A DNA stretch of 64,000 nt, taken from positions 19,682 to 83,681 of IMG/VR virus record IMGVR_UViG_3300049919_000280. One strand, given 5' to 3'. The notes beneath the pieces were generated by a model. It was not told where the DNA came from and did no database searches. It saw nothing but the letters and a program-made list of their open reading frames with translations. Shown one piece after another: positions 51,304 through 60,900 of the stretch (its first letter is position 1; every line of letters starts with the position of its first letter). The position numbers were made by a program, and so were the translations under genes. Source of the stretch: a virus (lineage: Duplodnaviria; Heunggongvirae; Uroviricota; Caudoviricetes).

Positions 51304-53759
51304 AATTAAAATTTGGAGTAATCGAATCAACTGACGACCCACTTAGAATCGGAAGATGCCGAGTTCGTATTGTTGGTATTCATAATGCTGATCGGGTAAT
51401 TCTACCAACCAACGATCTTCCTTGGGCAACCCCATTACAGCCTATAAACAGTGCTGCGGTTTCTGGTGTTGGTATATCACCAACTGGTGCAACAAATGGG
51501 GCTTGGGTGGTCGTCACGTTTCTGGATGAGGATGAGCAGAATCCAATCATTTTGGGATCAATCGGCGGAGTGCCAAGCGGCAATTCCAATGATTTTATGT
51601 TTCCAGACGAAAGTGATGCTAAGGATACCTTTGATCCACCAGACACAGAAAAATTGCCGATACAAAAAGAAGAGTCGACAATCGAACCAAACGATTTGTA
51701 TCTAGGGTCTCTTACCAAAGCTCAATACGAAAAATATAAGGAAGCGATAAAACAGAAGGAATCATCTGGCGACTCACAGGTGGTTAATCGCATTGGGTAT
51801 ATTGGATGGTATCAGTTTGGTATGCAAGCACTTGAGTCTTTGGGTTACATCAAAAAAGGATCATGGTCGAAGCACCAAAAAAACTCTGCCATGGACCTCG
51901 ATGAAGTTTGGACTGCCAAGGGTGGTATAACCTCAAAGTCGGCTTTCTTGCACAGCAAGAGCGAGCAGGATGCTGCGTTCTTGGCTTTCGTCCAGTATAA
52001 CTACAACTTGTTAAAGGGAAATAATACAGTATCGGCCAGCACTCCACCGGAAAAGCTTGCTGGTCTTCTAGGTGTTGCGCATAATCAGGGGCATGTAGCA
52101 GCCAAAAAATATGTCAAAGGAGTGGTCGGTGTTGATGGTAATAATGTATCTGGCACGGTATATTACAACCTTGGTTTCACGGCTGTTCGTGGTAACACTA
52201 CCCTAGAACACCCAGATGAAAAGACCATAGAAAGAGAACCATTAGACACATCACTTAATAGACCTAACGACAACTCAAAATACGATGTTACAGGGTCTCC
52301 TGCCCTTGGAAATGCCGCATTGACGGAAGCTGGGTTCAATGATCCGGATGGTAGGTATCCGAAGAAAGATTGGCTTGACGAACCAGACACCCATCGTTTA
52401 GCGAGAAATCATAAGATTAACAAAACAATTGTTGGGGATAAAGAAGCGACTAGGGTGACCGATGTTTCGATAGCACTAAGCGGTTCCACTTGGAACCAAC
52501 CTGCCATTCCATACAACACGAAGTATCCTTATAACAAAGTCATATCAACAGAATCCGGCCATGCATTTGAGATGGACGACACACCGGATAGCGAAAGAAT
52601 AAACCTGCATCATAGCTCTGGAACCTTTACTGAGGTTGATGCTAACGGCACTCAGACGAATAGGATCGTTGGGAATTCTTGCACCATCGTTGAGAAGGAT
52701 GGATTGATTTTAATCAAAGGCTCCGGTCATGTTAAAGTCGAAGGCAACATAACCATTCATGTATCTCAGAACGTGCATATGGAATGTGATGGAGACTTCA
52801 ACCTAAAGGCCAACAAGATAAACCTAGATGGGGTTGATTCAATCACGATGACCTCTCCCAAAATCAATGTTTTGGGAGAAGAATCTGTAAATCTTGAGTC
52901 GCAAACCGTTGGTATTGATGGTAAAACGAGTGTTCTTATACGAAGTGCTGCAATATCATCTTCTGCGGCGGCAATAGCGGAGGATGGTTATATATCAACC
53001 AACGTCGGAATGGCAACCGCAGCTACTGCTGCCATAATACCAATCATTAAAAACGACATGGCATATAATGGGTCTGTGCATGAACTGTACGTCAAGACTC
53101 GTGGTGAGGAAGCGGATTTCCTACTAGAAGGTACCGATGAGGCTGCTGCTAGGGGAGAGATGAGTGCATTAGTATCGGAGGGAGAGACAGTGACAGAACA
53201 ATCAAGTGGCATAGAAACAAAACAGGAACCCGCCATAGTTGGGTGCGACCTTATCCTTCCGCTGAAGATGTCAACACAGCTTTCAACCAATTTCACGATA
53301 GAAAAATTATGTATTAAGGAGAACTTCGCTTTTGGAGGACAGCATAATTTGTCTGCTGCAGAACTTGCCTGCAACATGAAGAATCTCTGCATAAACGTGG
53401 TTGAACCATTATTCTCCAGATATAGGGAAAAGGGTATTAAGATAAATGATGGTTTCCGACGTGCTGGCAGTAAAACTTCTCAATCAAAAACAATATCACA
53501 GCACGAAAAGGGAGAGGCTGTGGATATAGGGTTTAGTAATATTCGTGGACTACCTAATGATCGTGAGTTGTATTATGAGCTTGCCCAAGAGATTCGAAAT
53601 GTAATTCCATTTGACCAGATGTTGTTTGAATATAACCAAAAAGGCAATGTGTGGATTCACATCTCTTTCACAACGAAGAAACAGCTTCGATACGAAATCT
53701 TTACCTACAGCGAAGGTAAAAACATTGGCCCTGGTCTAATTCTCAAGAGTAAAAAATAA
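51300..53759 (+). CDS. 5: gp5-like baseplate central spike: N-terminal OB domain, muralytic region, beta-helix, C-terminal M15 zinc peptidase
   Basis: LKFGVIESTDDPLRIGRCRVRIVGIHN aligns with the T4 gp5 N-terminus (GRVRVRIVGLH). Beta-helix-like repeats around VEGNITIHVSQNVHMECDGDFNL. C-terminal SQHEKGEAVDIGF (SxHxxGxAxD) is the M15 peptidase signature. The track start codon is TTG. Confidence 0.65.
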   Translation: MKLKFGVIESTDDPLRIGRCRVRIVGIHNADRVILPTNDLPWATPLQPINSAAVSGVGISPTGATNGAWVVVTFLDEDEQNPIILGSIGGVPSGNSNDFMFPDESDAKDTFDPPDTEKLPIQKEESTIEPNDLYLGSLTKAQYEKYKEAIKQKESSGDSQVVNRIGYIGWYQFGMQALESLGYIKKGSWSKHQKNSAMDLDEVWTAKGGITSKSAFLHSKSEQDAAFLAFVQYNYNLLKGNNTVSASTPPEKLAGLLGVAHNQGHVAAKKYVKGVVGVDGNNVSGTVYYNLGFTAVRGNTTLEHPDEKTIEREPLDTSLNRPNDNSKYDVTGSPALGNAALTEAGFNDPDGRYPKKDWLDEPDTHRLARNHKINKTIVGDKEATRVTDVSIALSGSTWNQPAIPYNTKYPYNKVISTESGHAFEMDDTPDSERINLHHSSGTFTEVDANGTQTNRIVGNSCTIVEKDGLILIKGSGHVKVEGNITIHVSQNVHMECDGDFNLKANKINLDGVDSITMTSPKINVLGEESVNLESQTVGIDGKTSVLIRSAAISSSAAAIAEDGYISTNVGMATAATAAIIPIIKNDMAYNGSVHELYVKTRGEEADFLLEGTDEAAARGEMSALVSEGETVTEQSSGIETKQEPAIVGCDLILPLKMSTQLSTNFTIEKLCIKENFAFGGQHNLSAAELACNMKNLCINVVEPLFSRYREKGIKINDGFRRAGSKTSQSKTISQHEKGEAVDIGFSNIRGLPNDRELYYELAQEIRNVIPFDQMLFEYNQKGNVWIHISFTTKKQLRYEIFTYSEGKNIGPGLILKSKK

Positions 53760-54970
53760 TGGCACAAAAATGCGTAGAGATTTCATTATCCAGTCTTAAT
53801 TTCACCGGAATGGATGCGCTTCTTGGCATCATAGGATCATTCAAAATACCTAGCATGCCAATCGTACCAGACCCACTCATGGGAGATCAATCATATCCAT
53901 TGATGGAGAAGATGGAGAAGCTTGGTTCAATCGTCATGTCTGCGATCATGAAATACTTCAAGGAGTTTATCCTTGACCCAATAAACATCATAATCAGTCA
54001 GGTTAAAGTTTTTATCGCGGCAGCTGGGGACTTATGGGACGAAATAATTAATTTTGAGATACCTCACCTAGGGGTTAAGTTTATGGATTTCATCGATGAT
54101 TTGATTGCTAGGGGTGGTGTAGCCATTTCAGAATTGGTTGATAAAATAAAAAACATTGTCGATTCGATTAAGCCTATCCAGCTTCCAGACCCACTAATCG
54201 CAACCGGTAAAAATCCAATCTGGGAAGCTATTCAGAAGGTACAGGCTGCTATTAAAGAAGCTAGCTTGATCGTTTTCAAGAAGTGCATGGATATCATGGA
54301 TTTGGTGATTAACAAGGTAAAGTTGGCAATGGACATTGCTGGTGTGAGTCTCGGTCCTATGATTGACGCATTCTTTACAATGTTAACTAATGTTGGCGAG
54401 CTAATAAGTAAAGGCTGGACTGCTTTGATGGCGATGTTTGGTCTCGGTGATATTGATTCTAGTGGTATATTAAAATCCTTATCGGATAAAGTAGCTTCTG
54501 CAGTTGGTGAAGCGAAAAGGATTGCTGCAGAACAACTTAAGGCTGCTATGCAGGTTGTTCAGGATATGAAAGTTAAGATCATTGAGTTCATGGCCAAGTT
54601 AACTGTGTTATTTGATACCATACCAATCCCTGGACTACCAGATTTCGCTACCATATTAGGTGGAAAGGCAGTGGACTTCTATAAACAATTCACAATGTAT
54701 ATTTCTAACTGGTGGACTTCAATGACATCAGCCATAATGAACGTTTTTACCGAAGCGATGAAGGAATTCAAGACGAGTGTAGAACAGATGCTTGCGATAA
54801 TAAATGCTCTGGGTCAACAAGCTAAGAACGACATGGTAAATATGATAAACCAAGTAACAGGCGGCATGATGTCATTTATAACCGGTCTTCCAGCAATGCT
54901 AGCTGGATTGACTACAGGTAAAATAACTTATTGTATTGACGTTGAAGAACCGACTTTACCAGCCACCTAA
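53759..54970 (+). CDS. alpha-helical structural protein (403 aa); tape-measure-like composition
   Basis: Helical and rich in I, L and M. Lies between the spike and the wedge genes. Confidence 0.45.
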   Translation: MAQKCVEISLSSLNFTGMDALLGIIGSFKIPSMPIVPDPLMGDQSYPLMEKMEKLGSIVMSAIMKYFKEFILDPINIIISQVKVFIAAAGDLWDEIINFEIPHLGVKFMDFIDDLIARGGVAISELVDKIKNIVDSIKPIQLPDPLIATGKNPIWEAIQKVQAAIKEASLIVFKKCMDIMDLVINKVKLAMDIAGVSLGPMIDAFFTMLTNVGELISKGWTALMAMFGLGDIDSSGILKSLSDKVASAVGEAKRIAAEQLKAAMQVVQDMKVKIIEFMAKLTVLFDTIPIPGLPDFATILGGKAVDFYKQFTMYISNWWTSMTSAIMNVFTEAMKEFKTSVEQMLAIINALGQQAKNDMVNMINQVTGGMMSFITGLPAMLAGLTTGKITYCIDVEEPTLPAT

Positions 54971-54974
54971 AAGA

Positions 54975-55163
54975 ACAAATAACGGAAACCAGAATCGGGA
55001 GCGAAGCGATGCGACCGAAGGGCGCTACTTGAAGTCTATGAAGTCACTTTATCGCCTATTAAAACGAGTAATAAGCGAAATTATATCCGGTAAAAGTGGT
55101 ATCAAAGTATACAAATAACGGAAACCAGAATCGGGAGCGAAGCGATGCGACCGAAGGGCGCTA
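54975..55163 (+). repeat. two identical 49-bp direct repeats (54975-55023 and 55113-55161) inside an ~800-bp noncoding island
   Basis: caaataacggaaaccagaatcgggagcgaagcgatgcgaccgaagggcgcta occurs twice 138 bp apart. An imperfect inverted copy lies at 55283-55320. Confidence 0.8.
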
Positions 55164-55731
55164 TATTACCGTTTAACGAATTTTAAGTTTCTCTAGAATC
55201 GTTTTAAGTTACTTCTATCGCCTGTTAAATTTTTTTTAAATTAAAGTTGTCTCAAGAATCATTCTGAGGAACTTAAGTACACCCTTCGGGTGGTCGCTTC
55301 GCTCCAGGTTCTGTGGTCACTTATTTTAGTTCTAGAGTTGGTCTAGAGTTGTTCTAGGATTATTCCGAATGATTCTTGAGAGAATTCCGTGTCCCCCATA
55401 TTTCGGTTTTAAACTTTAGTGTGAAAACCGAGGCGTGACGAGGGGTTGCGCCCTGCCTGAACAACAAACGTGGACTTCTCCTAAGTAAATCTTATTTAAA
55501 GTCGAGGAGCGCAATGATACTGGCGGTTATCGACTCTCGACTGGTAGGGAGGTATGCCAGCGGCGTTTCTATTTGCGGTTTTGTTTCCGTATTACATACT
55601 TACTTATCCATCTGACAATAGGTCAGATGCAAAAAATCGAGCTTTGTTACAATTCGTAACAATTCTTTTTACTAACCTTCGGAATATTAACACCAAAATC
55701 GTGATCTTGTCAAGCACTTTCTTCCCTATGC

Positions 55732-55739
55732 CATAAATA
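55732..55739 (+). promoter_or_regulatory. late-promoter-like motif CATAAATA (7/8 match to TATAAATA), 26 bp upstream of the gp25-like gene
   Basis: Position and spacing fit a T4-type late promoter. Confidence 0.35.
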
Positions 55740-55764
55740 CTAAGATCACATAACCGGCACAATT

Positions 55765-56151
55765 ATGGCTACCATCACAACTTACTCAGACATAGACTTG
55801 TTTTTGACTAAACATCCCGGTACTGGGGACATCACAAAAAAGATAAACACCGAAGCTGTCAAGGGTGCGATGAAAAACATTCTCCTAACAGACATTGGTC
55901 AGAAGCCGTTCGACCAGTATTTTGGTCTTGGTCTGCAGGCTATGTTATTTAATTTGAATACCCCAGGCCAGCGTGTTGTCCTTGAGAGATTGATCAGGGA
56001 GAAGATCGGCATCTACGAACCTAGAGTCGGTATCGAAGAGATTACCATAGTAGATTCCGATAGCGGAAACGTTTCTGTTGAGATTTATTACTACATCATG
56101 GGCATAGAAAATTTACAAACATTATCCATTTCAGTTGAGAGAACAAGATGA
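55765..56151 (+). CDS. 25: gp25-like baseplate wedge protein (GPW family), 128 aa
   Basis: The pattern IKGAMKNILLTDIGQKPFDQYFGLGL ... IGIYEPRVGIEEITIV is typical of the gp25/GPW family. Confidence 0.65.
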   Translation: MATITTYSDIDLFLTKHPGTGDITKKINTEAVKGAMKNILLTDIGQKPFDQYFGLGLQAMLFNLNTPGQRVVLERLIREKIGIYEPRVGIEEITIVDSDSGNVSVEIYYYIMGIENLQTLSISVERTR

Positions 56152-57929
56152 CAGCAAAGAAAATTAGAGTTTCTGACTTTGACTTTGACACAATCAAAGC
56201 AGATTTCAAAAATTATCTCTCAGGGACACCGGAATTCACCGACTACAACTTTGAGGGATCGAACCTTAATGTCTTGTTTGATATCCTAGCATACAATACC
56301 CACTACACAGCCTTAATGGCAAACTTCGTCGCAAACGAAATGTATATCGACACCGCAGCAAAGAGAAGCAGCGTTGTTTCTCATGCAAAGAAGCTTGGGT
56401 ATCTGCCAAAATCTGCCACTGCATCAAAGGCTGTCGTAAACGTCATCATAAACACTTCAGCAGTATCAACACCAACTTCCCTAGTTCTACCTGCTGGTAC
56501 TAGGTTCATCTCGTCAGTTGACGGGGAGACCTATATATTTTCTACCACGTCTGCATACACCTCGACAAGAGTCGGATCAAACCCATACTCATTCACTTTT
56601 TTTAATGTGAATATCTTTGGTGGTACATTGGTTCGTCAGGAATTGGCTTACAGTGAGCTACTAAACAAGGTCGAAATAATGAATTCGACTATGGATTCTA
56701 GTACATTGACCGTTAGAGTTGATTCTCCCGACTCACAAGTTGATGTTGTTTATAATCTGGTGTCAGATGTTCTTGAGGTTAATGGCAACAGTAAGATATT
56801 TTACCTACAGGAGGGGTTTCTTCAGGAATATGAAGTTCTTTTCGGGGACAATATTCTTGGTGAGCGTCCTATTGATGGTTCTGTCGTATCTGTTGAGTAT
56901 ATTGCTGCCTCTCCTTCCACTTCAAACGGTGCTAAGAATTTCACTCTATCAACAAGTTTCGGTGTTGGTATGCCATTCACGTCTCAGGTGATAACCCTAC
57001 AGTCTGCTCGTGGTGCAGCTGACCGTGAGAGCATCGACTCGGTTAGGTTCAATGCTGTTAATTACTTCGGATCACAAAACAGAGCGGTTATCACGAATGA
57101 TTATAAACTTCTTGTCTCATTAAACGCAGACAACGTAAAGTCTGTTCTTGCTTGGGGTGGTGAAGATAATGTACCGCCAAAATTCGGTCATGTGATGCTT
57201 TGTATTATTCCAGATCAGGGTGAGCTTATTACACCAGACGAAGAGGTTTCAATTAGGGATTATATTAAAACAAAATCTGTCGCTAATACCATAATCGAAT
57301 TCGTCCCGCCAGAATATTTGGATTTGGTTGTTGATACCACTATCGTGTATGACAAAACTAAGATAACAACAGGTGTTTTTGAATTGGAATCTGCTGTTCG
57401 ATCACAAATAAATGAATATGCTGTCGAAAAGCTTAGCCAATTCGGAGGCGTGTTTAGATATTCGACCCTCATTCACGAAATCGATATTTCTGATCCTGCC
57501 ATTATAAATAATACTCTAACGATGAGGGTTATTAAAGAACTTATTCCAACGTTATTTGAATTGAGAGATATGACAATAACAGTTGGTAACGCATTAAACC
57601 AGAAAGATATTCTACCTTGTGTTGTCAGCACCGGATTCTTCATTCCAAATAACAATAATAAAATGTTCTTTGAAGATGATCGAAACGGTAAAATGAAGAT
57701 GATATATTATTCTGGAATTGAGAAGTTTTCCTTCAATAGTTCGGCAGGGACCGTAGATTACACAAAGGGTATCATTTATCTAAACCCCATCGAAATAACC
57801 TCTTATGATGGAGACGTTCTTTCGTTCAATATAGGTGCTGCAAGTAATGATCTAGTTTCGACTAGAAATGTGGTTCTTAGGTTGAAAGACGAAAATATCA
57901 CCGTCAAATCCCGTTCGGATTATGTTTAA
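56148..57929 (+). CDS. 6: gp6-like baseplate wedge protein (593 aa)
   Basis: Directly follows gp25 with an ATGA overlap. Size and synteny match T4 gp6. Confidence 0.55.
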   Translation: MTAKKIRVSDFDFDTIKADFKNYLSGTPEFTDYNFEGSNLNVLFDILAYNTHYTALMANFVANEMYIDTAAKRSSVVSHAKKLGYLPKSATASKAVVNVIINTSAVSTPTSLVLPAGTRFISSVDGETYIFSTTSAYTSTRVGSNPYSFTFFNVNIFGGTLVRQELAYSELLNKVEIMNSTMDSSTLTVRVDSPDSQVDVVYNLVSDVLEVNGNSKIFYLQEGFLQEYEVLFGDNILGERPIDGSVVSVEYIAASPSTSNGAKNFTLSTSFGVGMPFTSQVITLQSARGAADRESIDSVRFNAVNYFGSQNRAVITNDYKLLVSLNADNVKSVLAWGGEDNVPPKFGHVMLCIIPDQGELITPDEEVSIRDYIKTKSVANTIIEFVPPEYLDLVVDTTIVYDKTKITTGVFELESAVRSQINEYAVEKLSQFGGVFRYSTLIHEIDISDPAIINNTLTMRVIKELIPTLFELRDMTITVGNALNQKDILPCVVSTGFFIPNNNNKMFFEDDRNGKMKMIYYSGIEKFSFNSSAGTVDYTKGIIYLNPIEITSYDGDVLSFNIGAASNDLVSTRNVVLRLKDENITVKSRSDYV

Positions 57930-57938
57930 GGAATAAAA

Positions 57939-60900
57939 ATGGCAATTTCGATCAAGGCAACAAACTCCGATATCGTTCAATATCAGTTACCTGAGCATCA
58001 TCAAGATAAAGCACAATTCATAAAGTTCCTACAATATTATTATAAATGGATGGAAGAGGCTAATGGCTCGACAACATTCCTTCAGAATTTGGTTGAAACA
58101 ACTGATATTGATAACGCTGACGAAGATACCCTTGCTCTAGTTGTCGAACAGATTTTTGGTATTATTCCAAGAACAACATTCGCGGATAAAAGAATTATCG
58201 CGAAGCACCTGAAAACATTCCTTCAGGCTAAAGGTTCTTTACCATCCTATGAATTCATCATGACAGCTTTGTTTGGTGAAGAAATGAAAATGGAATGGAT
58301 GAGCGATTATGTTTTTAAGGCGTCTGCTAACTCTTTTTCTCAGGTTTCCAAGATTTGCGTTGAGAGCGGAACCTCAGATTTCTCTCTTTGTCTTGGGGGT
58401 AGAGTTACCCAAATCACCCCTCGTGCATCTGCCACTATCGAATCTGTTTCAGACGCAGCAATTAATGGAATCTCTTATAACATAATCAAGATCGATCCAA
58501 AAACAATAAACGGGACCTTCATCATAGGTAAGGAAGTCCGAGCATTGCATAGATCGGTTGATTCGTCAAAAACAGCGGTTGAAGATTATTACCCTAAAGT
58601 ATTATGGGTTTCTAGTACAAAAACCCTCGTGGTAAAAACAAATGAATTTAAGAATGTTAGATATACCTCTTTATTAATCAAGCAATTAGGATCAACTTTT
58701 TCTGGTGTTATTGATAAACTCGCCGCTACTTCGACTGCAAACAATACTCTTGAGTTTATCCTTTCATCATATACAGGGTCTATTGGTAGTGGAGATTTCT
58801 TCATCATCCCTCCTATTCTAGAAGGAAAATATTACACTCGCGAAGATTATGAATATGGCTTTGTTTCAGAATCTTTGGTTGGTGTTAATATGACAAATGC
58901 AGGCTCGCTTGCCACTTCCGGTGGGGAGTTTAATGTTGTCGGCGGTTCTGGCGATGGGGCAAGAGGGTATATCTCCGATCTTGGAAGAGGTTCTGTTGAT
59001 TCAGTGTTCGTCTTAGCAAAGGGACAAGGATATTCTGTTGGGGATCAGGTTTCTGTCAGTGACCATGAATCTGGCGGATATGGATTTTCAGCAGAGGTTT
59101 CTGCTATCGACGGTTATGGGGCAGAAATCGTTCCTGTTATGGAACTAGATGATGTTCAGATCATATCAGGTGGCGAAAATTACCAAGCAGGCGAGTCTTT
59201 CACCTTACTACATCCTAGTTTGGTTAATTGTACCTTTTCGGTCTCCACGGTAAACCAGACAACGCTTCGATTAGAAAACGTCAGAATTGGAAGCATGGGC
59301 GCTGGATATCAATATGCAAAGGTTGCGCTTTCCAATAACGGTGGTGCTCCTATTGCTGGCCTAGCCGCAGATGTCATCCTGAATAATGGTGATAAGATCG
59401 TGGCGAATACCACTTATGCATTATTGGATACATCTAAAATGTATCCTGATCCTCCTTTGGGGGCCATCATTGATATCCAATTTACTGCTAAACCGACTGG
59501 TCTAAGTGCTGTTGGTACGCATTCAATAAAAATTAATGGTTATGGTGCATCTGCAACCGCAACCCTTTCGTCAGGTGTTGTAACAGGGACTTCTGCCCTT
59601 GTTGGCGGATGGAATTATGTTGATCCGATTGTGATGGTCGCAGGGCCGGGACAAGGGGCGGTTCTTAGCTTAGTTAAGAATGGGGCAGGTTCTATCACTT
59701 CAATTGTGGTCGAGAAGGGTGGTACAGGATACACAACCGCAACCATAGTAATTAAAGAAAGATATGGCTCCGGTGCAGTTATATCACCAGTCATTTACAC
59801 AAACGTTTCAAAAGGAACGATTCTCACTAAGACGATTGTAAACCGTGGTGAATTCTACAGTTTACCGTCAACATTTTCTGCGGTACAAAAGAATTACGCA
59901 ACCCCTGGGGGCAACCAGATTCTTAATTACACAACCATCGATCCAGTGGAACCGGGCGAAGGTGCAAAGTTCGGATTAACCTTTAAGGTTAAACGTTTGG
60001 AATTAAGAAACAGCGGGAAGTTTTATAAAACACCGAGTGTTGTTGAATTCTCTGGTGGGCTTGGTTCTGGCTTTGCCGGAAACGCAGTCCTTAACGGCGC
60101 TACACTAGAACGCATCGACGTTGTTTCTGTTGGTTCTGGGTATCCAGAAGACAGTGCCATTACCTTCAGTGGGACTTGGTCTGTGATGCCTGTAGCCACG
60201 GTTTTAGTGTCCAATGGAAAGATATCATCGATCAAGATAATAAACGCAGGGTCCGGTCTAACATCCAATTTGTCATTCACGATAGCATCACCAAGTTCTA
60301 CCACGGCTACAGCAACTGCTACGATTTCAGGAAATGGTCAGATAAGGTCTGCCTCTGTTCAATCTGGTGGTTCTGATTACTTTACGGTAAATGAATATAC
60401 TCCATTATCATTGAGTGTTACTGGGCATCCAAACGTTTTGCTCGATCCAATATTGGACGATGTCGGAAGTCTTGTCGGTGCCAATATAATTTCAGGCGCA
60501 TCTTCAAATATGACTTCAGAAGATGCAGTTGTGGTGGTCTCTGGTGGTATCATAAACGGGGGATCGGTAAAAACAGCATCCGTAACCGCCAAGATGTTCC
60601 AAGGCGGGTGTGTTTCTGTTGATGTTGCCACATCTGATTCTGGATACAAGTATGGCACCAGAATAAATGCAGTTGGCACCGGAACTGGTGCAGTTTTGGT
60701 TCCTGTTGTAGAGTCTGGCGTTGACAAAACGAACTTGTATTATGCAGGTGAAGTAGGTGCATACCCACCAAATAAAATATATCAACTAACAGTAACTGAT
60801 GCAAATTCAATCTCGACACCGGCACAAACATTTGTAGCTGCAATCATAAACGTTACTACAAACTCGGTTGGGCAGGTATCTAACGTGACAATTTTCAGTT

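Noticed and set aside
54936-55736. Two 60-aa ORFs (54936-55118 and 55554-55736) in the noncoding island
   Set aside because: The first is built from the 49-bp repeat. The second has no RBS and its product is hydrophobic and low-complexity. Neither is convincing, though a short peptide gene cannot be excluded.
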